Below, one piece after another: positions 38,120-47,179 of a DNA stretch of 64,000 nt (within the stretch, counting starts at the first letter, position 1; each line of letters opens with the position of its first letter). The notes beneath the pieces were generated by a model that worked only from the letters and a program-made list of their open reading frames with translations, made no database searches and had not been told where the DNA came from. The translations under genes were made by a program, and so were the position numbers. The stretch is taken from positions 2,400,001-2,464,000 of the forward strand of contig OZ219926.1 in assembly GCA_964291405.2 (NCBI GenBank), read 5' to 3'. This DNA is from Thermodesulfobacteriota bacterium. Its GTDB lineage: Bacteria; Desulfobacterota; Binatia; Bin18.

Positions 38120-39454
38120 CTAGTTTTTGAACTTGGGCTCGGTGCAGTTACCACACACCCAGGGATAGGTCCAGTCGGCAACCTTCTTGGCGCTATCCGG
38201 GATAAACGGACTCCAGGCCTGGGCCCGAATGGGTCCTTCGGTGTTCCAGACGATATCGAACTGGCCGTCTTCGCGGACTTCGGCAATCAGGACTGGTTTG
38301 TGCAGATGGTGGTTCTTGGCATCCATGCTGATGTCAAAGCCGGAGGGCGAGCGCACCACCTGGTTGCCGACGGCCTGGCGCACGGCATCAACCTCGGTTG
38401 TTTGGGCTTGTTCGACCGCCTGGGCCCACATCTGGATACCAATATAGGTGGCTTCCATCGGGTCGTTGGTCACCCGCTTATCGCCACCCGGCAGTTCATG
38501 TTTTTTCACATAGGCATTCCATTTGGCCACAAAGTCTTTGTTCTCGGGGGTCTCGACCGACATGAAATAATTCCAGGCCGCCAGATGACCGACCAGCGGG
38601 GCGGTATCGATACCCCGGAGTTCTTCCTCGCCAACCGAGAAGGCGACAACGGGAATGTCCTCAGCCTTCAGCCCCTGGTTGGCCAACTCTTTGTAGAACG
38701 GTACGTTCGAGTCGCCGTTAATCGTTGAAACAACCGCGGTTTGTTTGCCGACCGCGAATTTCTTGATATCGGCCACGATGGTCTGATAGTCGCTATGGCC
38801 GAAGGGCGTATAGAGCTCCATGATGTCTGCTTTGGCCACCCCTTTGGATTCCAGAAAATAGTTGAGAATCTTATTCGTCGTCCGGGGATAGACATAGTCC
38901 GTGCCCAGCAACACGAAGCGTTCCGCTCCGCCGCCGTCCTCGCTCATCAGATATTCGACGGCTGGAATCGCCTGCTGGTTTGGCGCGGCACCCGTGTAGA
39001 ACACATTGAAAGAAGACTCTTCGCCTTCGTACTGGACCGGATAGAAGAGCAAGCCGTTCAGCTCTTCAAAGACGGGTAAGACCGATTTGCGCGACACCGA
39101 GGTCCAGCAGCCGAAGACGACCGCGACTTTTTCCTGTTGGATCAACTCGCGCGCTTTTTCGGCAAAGAGCGGCCAGTCCGAGGCCGGGTCAACCACAACC
39201 GGCTCGACCGGACGGCCCAGCAGCCCACCGGCCTCGTTAATTTCTTCAATCGCCATCAAGGCCACATCCTTCAGCGACGTTTCGCTAATCGCCATCGTCC
39301 CGCTCAGCGAGTGCAGGATGCCAACCTTAATGGGGTCGGCCGCCTGGGCAGCCGGTAGCCAGGTGAGTAATCCGACCAGCAGGCCGACCGGAAGTATCAG
39401 GCGGGCGGCCACGAGCCGCGCGCGGCGGGGAACATAGGTCAATAAGGTCATCAT
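38120..39454 (-). CDS. urtA: Urea ABC transporter substrate-binding protein UrtA
   Basis: IKVGILHSLSGTMAISE, GCWTSVSRK, YPVQYEG and GTDYVYPR motifs. Confidence 0.95.
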   Translation of the reverse strand: MMTLLTYVPRRARLVAARLILPVGLLVGLLTWLPAAQAADPIKVGILHSLSGTMAISETSLKDVALMAIEEINEAGGLLGRPVEPVVVDPASDWPLFAEKARELIQQEKVAVVFGCWTSVSRKSVLPVFEELNGLLFYPVQYEGEESSFNVFYTGAAPNQQAIPAVEYLMSEDGGGAERFVLLGTDYVYPRTTNKILNYFLESKGVAKADIMELYTPFGHSDYQTIVADIKKFAVGKQTAVVSTINGDSNVPFYKELANQGLKAEDIPVVAFSVGEEELRGIDTAPLVGHLAAWNYFMSVETPENKDFVAKWNAYVKKHELPGGDKRVTNDPMEATYIGIQMWAQAVEQAQTTEVDAVRQAVGNQVVRSPSGFDISMDAKNHHLHKPVLIAEVREDGQFDIVWNTEGPIRAQAWSPFIPDSAKKVADWTYPWVCGNCTEPKFKN

Positions 39455-39490
39455 TCGACTTCTCCTTTTCGTTATGCGGTTACTACATCC

Positions 39491-40777
39491 TTAGAACAGA
39501 ATCTGGGTTTGCACCCGGACTTGGTCGGCGCTCGTGGCCCGACCGAGAAACGGGTCGCCGTCCAGATAGCTGTAGTCCATCTGAAGCTTCACGTTGTGGC
39601 CGTACAGATAATAGTTAAGGCCGGCCGTGTACTCCCGGACATCACCGGCCGTTCTGACATAGTTGGCAAACTGAAAGTCCACCCCGGAGACGCGTGCGGC
39701 CAGCTCCAGCTTGTCGGTCAAGTAATAGCCAAGCTGTCCGTAATAACCCCAGTCGTGGCCGGTCTCGTCCCGGTGTTCATAATTGTTGCGCCGAAAATAG
39801 CCCGCAGCTTGGGCGGTAAAGCCCAGGTAGCGAAACCCGCCGTCCACAGTGACATTGGTCGTGCGGTCGCCGCGTCTGACGTTCTGAAAGCCGGAGGGGT
39901 CGTCCACCGGATTGAAGGCCGCGGCAATCCCGATGGATAGCTGCGGAGACAGGGCCGGAGTCGGCGAGCTTTCCAGGTACCCGTAGGCGTCCAGCAGGTC
40001 GTATTCCAGGCGTCCCTGCCAGGCGACTTCGCCCCCGGCGTTCTGCTGCCCGCCGGCGTCCAGCGCCCGGATGCTGTTGGTCACCACGCCGTGGTAGGAC
40101 AGCTTGCCGACCTTGCCGCTGACGTTGGCGCCGACCGCGCGCTGCAGGTTGAACGCATAGTCCGCCACGGACAGGTCGGGGAACAGCAGATTACCCGGAT
40201 GGGTGTAGAACTGGCGACTATAGGGCAGAATAAAACGACCGGCCTGCACATTCAGGTACTGAGAGTGGCTGTACTGCATCCACCAGTCGAGCATGGTGGC
40301 GTTATTGCTGTTGCCGAACGTCGTGGCCTCGTACTGGAAGAAATATTTGACTTTGGGATCAAAGACATTCCCGGAGAATGCCAGTCGTGCCAGAGCAACG
40401 TCGAAGTTGTTGCGGCTTTTCCCCTCGTTCGGCGCAGTCATGGTGTATCGGGCCTGAAGGAAACCATTCAGGTTGACCGAGTAACGCCCATCTTTACTGC
40501 GGATGAAAAACCCATTGTCATACACATCTTCCGCGGCAAAACCTTTCTTCCGCGTTCCCGCTGCGTAACCGAAATCGACTCCTTTCTCGGTCCGTTCCTT
40601 CTCCTTTGCTTCGAGTTCCATCATGCGGCTCTCAAGAGCCTGCATGACCTTGTGCTGCGCGGCGAGTTGTTGGCGTAACTCGCCGAGCTCATCGGCCAGC
40701 ACCGGGGTCGCCAGGGCGCTGATAACAAGGCCTGCAATCAGACGGGCCAGTGCGACGCGTCTCCCTCTTCCTCTCAT
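39491..40777 (-). CDS. OprO/OprP-like outer-membrane porin, paralog 1
   Basis: Same architecture as 29884-31170; first gene of the urt operon; AAGGAG SD. Confidence 0.82.
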   Translation of the reverse strand: MRGRGRRVALARLIAGLVISALATPVLADELGELRQQLAAQHKVMQALESRMMELEAKEKERTEKGVDFGYAAGTRKKGFAAEDVYDNGFFIRSKDGRYSVNLNGFLQARYTMTAPNEGKSRNNFDVALARLAFSGNVFDPKVKYFFQYEATTFGNSNNATMLDWWMQYSHSQYLNVQAGRFILPYSRQFYTHPGNLLFPDLSVADYAFNLQRAVGANVSGKVGKLSYHGVVTNSIRALDAGGQQNAGGEVAWQGRLEYDLLDAYGYLESSPTPALSPQLSIGIAAAFNPVDDPSGFQNVRRGDRTTNVTVDGGFRYLGFTAQAAGYFRRNNYEHRDETGHDWGYYGQLGYYLTDKLELAARVSGVDFQFANYVRTAGDVREYTAGLNYYLYGHNVKLQMDYSYLDGDPFLGRATSADQVRVQTQILF

Positions 40778-40834
40778 ATGCTTGTTTACTCCTTCCTTTC
40801 GACTGCGAGCGATTCAGACAGAGCTGAGGAAAGG

Positions 40835-40850
40835 AGCAAAATAGAGGCCA
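40835..40850 (-). promoter_or_regulatory. Sigma54 (-24/-12) promoter for porin-urt-ureAC
   Basis: TGGCCTCTATTTTGCT matches TGGC-N7-TTGCW with exact GG/GC spacing. Confidence 0.7.
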
Positions 40851-40977
40851 GACTGTGCGAGGCTATAGAAAATCTCTGGCTACGATGCGTTGAGGAATTG
40901 ACATATCAAGGAAAAACGGGGTGATGGGCAAAATTCATTGACCTGTTCAAGAATCATCAATTTGCCCTATTATTATA

Positions 40978-40990
40978 CAAAGTGTTGATT
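40978..40990 (-). promoter_or_regulatory. IHF-binding consensus
   Basis: AATCAACACTTTG matches WATCAANNNNTTR, between the two sigma54 sites. Confidence 0.5.
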
Positions 40991-41061
40991 TTCAGGCTTA
41001 TAAATTCAGCATATTTTTCGTCAAACCTGAGCAAATCGGTTGACTCCCTCTTTCTATACCT

Positions 41062-41077
41062 CGGCAAGATTATTGCT
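41062..41077 (+). promoter_or_regulatory. Sigma54 (-24/-12) promoter for ureBGDEF
   Basis: CGGCAAGATTATTGCT has GGCA...TTGCT with exact spacing. Confidence 0.65.
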
Positions 41078-41135
41078 CTAAGAGTCCGTATATGGCAGAC
41101 AGAAGTGAGAGTCATGAAAGATACGAGGGGTGTAA

Positions 41136-41531
41136 ATGCCGACCGAAAAAACGGCTTCCACGCTGATTCCTGGGGAAATCCTTCCAGCTGAAGGTTCAAT
41201 CGTCTTGAATGCCGGGCGACCCGTGCAGTCCGTCACCGTTCTCAATACCGGAGACCGACCGATTCAGGTAGGTTCGCATTATCACTTCTTCGAAGCCAAT
41301 CGAGCGTTGCGTTTTCCTCGGGCCACAGCCTTTGGTCTTCGGCTTGATATTCCAGCCGGTACGGCTGTTCGCTTTGAGCCTGGAGAAGAGAAAGTGATAC
41401 AACTGGTCCCGTTCGGCGGACAACGGACGGTCTTAGGCTTGAACGGTTTGACTGAGGGCAATACAGAGAATGCAACCGTTCGGCAACGGGCGCTCCAAAA
41501 GGCGTCAGAGCAGGGCTTCCTGAAAGAGTAA
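41136..41531 (+). CDS. ureB: Urease subunit beta
   Basis: [24 protein letters not shown] and [15 protein letters not shown] motifs. Stop codon inside repeat copy 8. Confidence 0.97.
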   Translation: MPTEKTASTLIPGEILPAEGSIVLNAGRPVQSVTVLNTGDRPIQVGSHYHFFEANRALRFPRATAFGLRLDIPAGTAVRFEPGEEKVIQLVPFGGQRTVLGLNGLTEGNTENATVRQRALQKASEQGFLKE

Positions 41532-41577
41532 ACGTGTCCTCCGATAAACACGCAAATGCTGGACACGTTTCCTCTTT
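41523..41577 (-). repeat. Short palindromic element, copy 8 (overlaps ureB stop)
   Basis: AAAGAGTAAACGTGTCC-21 nt-GGACACGTTTCCTCTTT. Confidence 0.95.
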
Positions 41578-41623
41578 TCCTCAGACGAAGAAACTGAGCC
41601 GGCTTAACGGTAGATGAGGCTGT

Positions 41624-42241
41624 ATGACAGATTATGCTGAAGTTCCCCGTCTCGGGATTGGTGGACCAGTCGGCTCGGGCAAGACCGCGCTGATTGAACA
41701 GGTGGTTCCCTATCTTCAGCGGCAGGGGCGGCAGGTCGCGGTTATCACCAATGATATTCTGACCCAGGAGGACGCCCAACGCCTGCGCAATCGGGGCTTC
41801 CTCTCCCCGGAACGCATAGTCGGTGTTGAGACCGGCGCATGCCCACATACAGTCATTCGCGAAGACCCGACCATGAACCTGGAAGCGGTCCGTCAGCTAG
41901 AGGAGCAGTTTCCCGCCCTGGACCTCATTATCTTAGAAAGTGGCGGAGATAATCTGGCGTCAACGTATTCTCCAGAACTCGCCGACGCCTTTGTTTTTGT
42001 CATTGATGTGGCCGGGGGTGATGACATTCCACGCAAGCGGGGGCTGGGCATTACCCGCTCAGACCTCCTGGTTATCAACAAGGTCGATCTTGCCCCCTAT
42101 GTTGGCGCCAATCTTGAGGCGATGACGCAGGATGCCCACCACGCTCGTGGGCCGCGGCCCGTTCTGCTCACCAACTGTAAAACAGGGCTGGGGATTCAGG
42201 ACGTGGGCGAGTGGATTGAACACGAGTTGCTCTTTGTCTAG
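41624..42241 (+). CDS. ureG: Urease accessory GTPase UreG
   Basis: [24 protein letters not shown] and NKVD motifs. Confidence 0.96.
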   Translation: MTDYAEVPRLGIGGPVGSGKTALIEQVVPYLQRQGRQVAVITNDILTQEDAQRLRNRGFLSPERIVGVETGACPHTVIREDPTMNLEAVRQLEEQFPALDLIILESGGDNLASTYSPELADAFVFVIDVAGGDDIPRKRGLGITRSDLLVINKVDLAPYVGANLEAMTQDAHHARGPRPVLLTNCKTGLGIQDVGEWIEHELLFV

Positions 42242-42249
42242 TTCCCCCT

Positions 42250-43200
42250 ATGACAGTGTCTGAGCATGACGCCTCCCGGCCGGACCGCTCTCTTGATGAC
42301 GCTTTCTGGCCACAATCGTTCCAGCCCTATCTGTCTGATGCGCTCAATCAACGGCCGGCTGGTTCGATTGGCAAATCGGGCGCGTGTAGGCTGACCTTTA
42401 CAGCAGGGTCAGGAAGGACCAAGCTGCAGCAATCGTTTGTTTCCCATCCTTTCCATCTGACCCGGCCCTGGTATTTGGACCCCGCCTTACCTGGCATGGC
42501 AGTGGTCTACGTCCAAACACCCGCGGGTGGCTTAATTCAGGGTGATCGTGCAACGCTCCAGTTCAACCTGGGCGACACGTCCCACGTCCACATTACCAAT
42601 CAGGCCGCAGAGAAGATCCACTCCATGACGGCCAACTGTGCACTGCAAAGCGTGTCATTTGTTTTGGGTACGGGGGCCTATGCAGAATACTGCCCCGAAC
42701 CCGTTATTCTCTTTCCCCGCGCGCGCTTCGGCCAACAACTACGCGTCCAACTCGGCCGACAGGCGAGCTTTTTCTTTTCCGAAATCTTTCTCATCCGGGG
42801 AGATGTGGCCCAGGAACCGTTTGAAGCACTCTCAACCAGCCTGACGGTCACTGACGCTACCGATGACCTCCTCATGCGAGAACACGGTGTCGCCCTGCCG
42901 CTCCAGCAGCGCCTCACCGGCCCTGGCGCCCTGGATCAATATCACGTCTGGGGCCAAGCCGTCCTCGTTGGCCGGTCGGTGACCGAGAGCTGGGCACAGG
43001 GAATCCAGGCTGAGATCCAAGAGGAATCATTCCCTGACACCGTTCTCGTGGCCGGGACAACCGTCCTCCCTGGGGAATATGGGGTCTGCGTGAAAGTTGT
43101 GGGAACACAGGTTCCAGCGGTTCGGCGGGTATTACGTAGAGCCTGGCACGGGCTACGTCTGCGCCACTTGGGTGTTCCCGCACCAGACCTGCCAAAATGA
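42250..43200 (+). CDS. ureD: Urease accessory protein UreD
   Basis: PAGGLIQGD, TNQAAEKIH and PEPVILF motifs; gene context. Confidence 0.88.
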   Translation: MTVSEHDASRPDRSLDDAFWPQSFQPYLSDALNQRPAGSIGKSGACRLTFTAGSGRTKLQQSFVSHPFHLTRPWYLDPALPGMAVVYVQTPAGGLIQGDRATLQFNLGDTSHVHITNQAAEKIHSMTANCALQSVSFVLGTGAYAEYCPEPVILFPRARFGQQLRVQLGRQASFFFSEIFLIRGDVAQEPFEALSTSLTVTDATDDLLMREHGVALPLQQRLTGPGALDQYHVWGQAVLVGRSVTESWAQGIQAEIQEESFPDTVLVAGTTVLPGEYGVCVKVVGTQVPAVRRVLRRAWHGLRLRHLGVPAPDLPK

Positions 43201-43216
43201 GAAAGGGAGGCCATGC

Positions 43217-43741
43217 ATGCTACGCATCAGTCATCGTCTCGGGAATATCCATCAGGATTCCGACCTTGCCGCTCGGGTCACGCAGTGGGAGCAGACTCAA
43301 CAACTGGAAGAAGTGACCATTAACGAGCGAGAGGCACAGAAGAGTCGACTTCGTCTCCAGACCTCGACAGGTCAGGACCTGGGACTCGTCCTGCCCCGTG
43401 GGACGGAAATCGCGGATGGCGACGTCTTTGCCTTCACCGATAGAGAAGGGGGCCTTGTCGTCCACCTCGCTCTTCAGGAGGTCATGGTGCTGACGCTGCG
43501 CCCAGGACTGCCCCCGCACGAACAACACCACTGGCTGGTTCGTCTCGGTCATGTGCTGGGCAATCAACACTGGCCGATCGCGAATGTCGACGACACGGTC
43601 CTTGTGCCGGTCACCCTCGACCGAGCAGTGATGGAAACCGTCCTGCGGACCCATCATCTTCTGGATCAATTTACGATTCGGTATGAGCGACGTTCCTGGC
43701 CGAAAGGCACCCAGAGCACATGGACGACACCGCATTCATAG
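43217..43741 (+). CDS. ureE: Urease accessory protein UreE
   Basis: KSRLR...G.DLG...DGD, LGHVLGNQHW motifs; no His-rich tail. Confidence 0.85.
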   Translation: MLRISHRLGNIHQDSDLAARVTQWEQTQQLEEVTINEREAQKSRLRLQTSTGQDLGLVLPRGTEIADGDVFAFTDREGGLVVHLALQEVMVLTLRPGLPPHEQHHWLVRLGHVLGNQHWPIANVDDTVLVPVTLDRAVMETVLRTHHLLDQFTIRYERRSWPKGTQSTWTTPHS

Positions 43742-44403
43742 CAGCCTTACAGCTGACGGACTCGTTCTTTCCCTCCGGCGCCGTCACCCTGTCTCACGGC
43801 CTGGAAACCTTTCTCAGTGTCCAGTCCGAGGCTATCGACCTGTCTCAGCTCCTGCACGATTATCTCGAAAGAAAAATCGCTCCCTGTGATCTAGTTGCCT
43901 ATGCGCACGCATATTGCGCCGCAGCAGAGGGAGATATTGAACGTTTGCAACAGATCGACCGCTATTTGCATGTTTCGCTCCTGCCGCAAGAGCTGCGGCA
44001 GGGCTCGCTGCGTTCGGGTCGGGGAACTCTGGAAACCCTGCGACGCGTAGTCGAGGAGCCACTCTTCCAGACCTTTCTGGCTGGCGTCAACGCGGGCAAG
44101 AGTAATGGTCATCTCCCCATTTGCCTGGCTCTCCTCCACTGCATATGGCGTATCCCCCAGCGCAGAGGCGGGTGTATGCTGCTGTACGCCTTCATGGTGA
44201 ACTTTCTCAGTGCCGCTATCCGCTTGGGCTGTCTTGGGCATCGGGAAGCCCAAGGGCTGCTCATTCATTTCCGGCCGCAGGTGATGCCACTGGTGGAGCA
44301 AGCGCTGGACAAACCGCTCGAAGAAATCGGCGCGTTCGTTCCGATCGCCGATATCCGAGCGATGCAACACGCCCATCTGTCTGTCCGACTCTTTAGTAGC
44401 TAG
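43720..44403 (+). CDS. ureF: Urease accessory protein UreF
   Basis: LQLTDSFFPSG..SHGLE at the N-terminus and H....RLFSS at the C-terminus. Confidence 0.92.
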   Translation: MDDTAFIAALQLTDSFFPSGAVTLSHGLETFLSVQSEAIDLSQLLHDYLERKIAPCDLVAYAHAYCAAAEGDIERLQQIDRYLHVSLLPQELRQGSLRSGRGTLETLRRVVEEPLFQTFLAGVNAGKSNGHLPICLALLHCIWRIPQRRGGCMLLYAFMVNFLSAAIRLGCLGHREAQGLLIHFRPQVMPLVEQALDKPLEEIGAFVPIADIRAMQHAHLSVRLFSS

Positions 44404-44466
44404 TGCCTGTTCAGAGGCTTGTCTGACGGTCGGGCTATGGGGTAGTATCCCACCGTATTTTTTCGT

Positions 44467-44517
44467 AAAGAGGGAACGTGTCTTTCAATAGTCTGGAGTT
44501 GGACACGTTCCCTCTTT
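44467..44517 (-). repeat. Short palindromic element, copy 9 (abuts tRNA 5' end)
   Basis: AAAGAGGGAACGTGTCT-17 nt-GGACACGTTCCCTCTTT. Confidence 0.93.
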
Positions 44518-44591
44518 GCCCCCGTAGCTCAGGAGGATAGAGCACCGGATTCCTAATCCGGGTGTCGTGCGTTCGAATCGCGCCGGGGGCA
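44518..44591 (+). tRNA. tRNA-Arg(CCT)
   Basis: Acceptor GCCCCCG/CGGGGGC, D arm GCTC/GAGC, anticodon stem CCGGA/TCCGG with loop TTCCTAA, T loop TTCGAAT. CCA not encoded. Confidence 0.95.
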
Positions 44592-44614
44592 GTTTCCTGC
44601 TTAGTGCGAGAGAC

Positions 44615-45781
44615 ATGATGCATGAAAGTCGGCGGATGCAGGAGGTTCAGACGCCGATCATTCCGGTGATTGCCGAACTCATCCGTGCGCATCCCGGTAC
44701 GGTGTCTCTGGGCCAAGGGGTGGCCTACTACGGCCCGCCACCCGAGGCCCTAAAAGCGGTCCAGCAGTTTCAGGCCAATCCGGCCAACCATAAATACACC
44801 CTCGTCCAGGGTATTGACCCGCTCTTGGAGGTGATTCGCCATAAAATCTTGGAGGAGAACGGTATCGCGCTGACTGAAACGCAGCGTATCGTCGTGACGG
44901 CCGGGGGCAATATGGCGTTTATGAACGCGCTGCTGGCAATCACCGACCCAGGCGACCAAATTATTTTGCAACTGCCGTATTACTTCAACCATGAGATGGC
45001 GATCAGCATGGTCAACTGCGAGGCCGTGTGCGTGCCGACCGACGCGCACTATCAGCTTCAGCTCGACGCGATCAGAAACGCGATTACCGATCGTACGCGC
45101 GCCATTGTGACCATATCGCCCAATAACCCCGCTGGTGTGGTGTACGCCGAGTCAGACCTGCGTGCGGTCAATGCCCTCTGTCGGGAGGCCAGCTTGTATC
45201 ACATCAGTGACGAGGCCTATGAGTATTTCACCTACGACGGTGCACGCCATTTCTCGCCGGGGTCCATCGCGGACAGCAGCGAGTACACGATCTCCCTGTA
45301 CTCGCTGTCCAAGGCCTATGGGTTTGCGAGTTGGCGCATCGGCTGGATGGTCGCGCCGGACCACTTGTATACAGCAATCAAAAAGGCCCAGGATACGATC
45401 CTGATCTGTCCGCCGGTTGTCTCGCAATACGCCGCGGTCGCGGCGATGCAGGTCGGGTCAGCCTACTGTCGGGAAAAACTCAGGGCGATGACCACGACCC
45501 GTCATATCATACAGCGCGCACTCAACGAGTTGGGTGAGTTGATCACCCTGCCTCGGTCCGATGGCGCGTTCTACTTCCTGCTGCGGGTGCGCACCAATAT
45601 GGATGCCATGACCTTGGCTGAGCGCTTAATCCGAGAGCATCGCGTCGCAGTGATTCCCAGTACGGCCTTCGGTCTCACAACTGGCTGCTATCTGCGTCTC
45701 TCCTACGGCGCGCTGGACGAAGAGATAGCCGCCGAAGCGAGCCGACGGCTGGTACACGGGCTACGCTGCATTGTGCAATAG
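44615..45781 (+). CDS. PLP-dependent class I/II aminotransferase
   Basis: SLGQG, SPNNPAG, SDEAY and SLSKAYGFASWRIG motifs. Confidence 0.92.
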   Translation: MMHESRRMQEVQTPIIPVIAELIRAHPGTVSLGQGVAYYGPPPEALKAVQQFQANPANHKYTLVQGIDPLLEVIRHKILEENGIALTETQRIVVTAGGNMAFMNALLAITDPGDQIILQLPYYFNHEMAISMVNCEAVCVPTDAHYQLQLDAIRNAITDRTRAIVTISPNNPAGVVYAESDLRAVNALCREASLYHISDEAYEYFTYDGARHFSPGSIADSSEYTISLYSLSKAYGFASWRIGWMVAPDHLYTAIKKAQDTILICPPVVSQYAAVAAMQVGSAYCREKLRAMTTTRHIIQRALNELGELITLPRSDGAFYFLLRVRTNMDAMTLAERLIREHRVAVIPSTAFGLTTGCYLRLSYGALDEEIAAEASRRLVHGLRCIVQ

Positions 45782-45847
45782 CAGGCTGCCTGATACCGTT
45801 GCCGCGCGGTGTGATGAATTGAGAGATACCCAAGAGGACGAAGTGCT

Positions 45848-47008
45848 ATGCGATCAGGCTTTCATGTAATGGACAGCGATCTCCACGTTATTGAAAACGG
45901 CGAGGTGTACGAGAAATATCTTGACGAGCGATACCGCGATAAGAAACCCCGCTACCTGGGTTGGAGTCCGACCAATTTCCCGCATTGGGATGTCCAGGGA
46001 CAGATGATCCCGCCGTGGGCACAGTCCGCTGAGGTGGTCAAAGCCCAGGAGTATCTCGATAAACCCACCGAGCATATCTACAAATCAGTCCGCGAGCGAA
46101 AGTACGAACCCGCTTCCACGCTGGAGGCCATGGACGCCGAGGGTATTGACGTGGGGATCGTCTACCGCACTTTTGCGCACATGGTCGTTTCCATTGATGA
46201 TTTAGAACCCGCCTATGCCACGGCCTATTGCGCTGCGTTTAACGATTGGCTGGCCGATTACTGTCAGACCGACACGCGGCGTCTCAAGGCGGCCGCTATT
46301 GTCTCCTTACACGACCCTGAACTGGCAGCGGCAGAGGCACGCCGGGCCGTAGAAGACAAGGGCCACGTTGCCGTCGTTCTGCTGCCTATGCCCTGCAATG
46401 GACGCTATTTCAACGCGCCCGAGTGCGATGTGCTGTGGAAGGAAATCACCCGGCTGAACGTCCCTCTCGCTTTTCACGGGACGAGCGGCGGAGCCTCAAA
46501 AGATTACGCGACTAATCGGTATAGAGGCCATCCGAATTTCCGTACGCTGAATCACTCGTCCGCCTTTCCCATGGAGCTTATGCTGGCCATGGGTGCCATG
46601 ACTGTGGGCGGGGTGCTTGAGCGTTTTCCTGACCTGCGGGTCGGTTTTCTGGAAGGCAATTGTGGCTGGCTGCCGTGGTGGTTGGACCGACTCGACGACC
46701 AGTGGAAGAAGTATGGCGGCGGCGAGGAAATCAAACTCTCGGCCAAACCGAGTGAGTATTTTAAGCGTCGGTGCTTTATTGGGACGGATGTCGATGAGGA
46801 GTTGTTAGCGGTCACGGTTGATAAAATCGGCGACGAAAATATTGTCATGTCCGTCGATTATCCCCATGCTGACGGCCCTTTCCCGAACGGAATTAGAGAA
46901 TTTCTTGAACTGCCTGGGGTCGGACTAGACTCCAAGCGCAAAATTATGTGGGAGAACTGCCTTCGCTTGTACGACTTTGACGAAAAGAAAATTCTCGCTG
47001 GAGATTAA
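45848..47008 (+). CDS. Amidohydrolase_2 family protein
   Basis: DSDLH, AFNDWLADYC, LERFPDLRVGFLE and SVDYPH motifs. Confidence 0.88.
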   Translation: MRSGFHVMDSDLHVIENGEVYEKYLDERYRDKKPRYLGWSPTNFPHWDVQGQMIPPWAQSAEVVKAQEYLDKPTEHIYKSVRERKYEPASTLEAMDAEGIDVGIVYRTFAHMVVSIDDLEPAYATAYCAAFNDWLADYCQTDTRRLKAAAIVSLHDPELAAAEARRAVEDKGHVAVVLLPMPCNGRYFNAPECDVLWKEITRLNVPLAFHGTSGGASKDYATNRYRGHPNFRTLNHSSAFPMELMLAMGAMTVGGVLERFPDLRVGFLEGNCGWLPWWLDRLDDQWKKYGGGEEIKLSAKPSEYFKRRCFIGTDVDEELLAVTVDKIGDENIVMSVDYPHADGPFPNGIREFLELPGVGLDSKRKIMWENCLRLYDFDEKKILAGD

Positions 47009-47034
47009 CCGCATACTCTCCGTTCTTCTCTCCA

Positions 47035-47058
47035 TGAGCCCTCTGGTGGGCTCATTTT
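47035..47058 (+). terminator. Intrinsic terminator
   Basis: ATGAGCCC-tctggt-GGGCTCAT followed by TTT. Confidence 0.6.
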
Positions 47059-47068
47059 CACTTTCCCC

Positions 47069-47172
47069 ACATAAATACTAATTGAATCTATATTAGTATT
47101 TATGTAGAATATAACTATTGATAACAACTCTTAAATACTAATTTTCAGTAAATCAATAGTAAATTAGTATTT
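47069..47172. promoter_or_regulatory. Two AT-rich inverted-repeat operators upstream of fic
   Basis: ACATAAATACTAAT-N9-ATTAGTATTTATGT and AAATACTAATTT-N16-AAATTAGTATTT. Confidence 0.55.
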
Positions 47173-47179
47173 CGGAAAA

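Noticed and set aside
40778-40795. AAGGAGTAAACAAGCAT before porin 1 resembles a half element
   Set aside because: No second arm and the GTGTCC core is missing; explained as an ordinary SD plus spacer.
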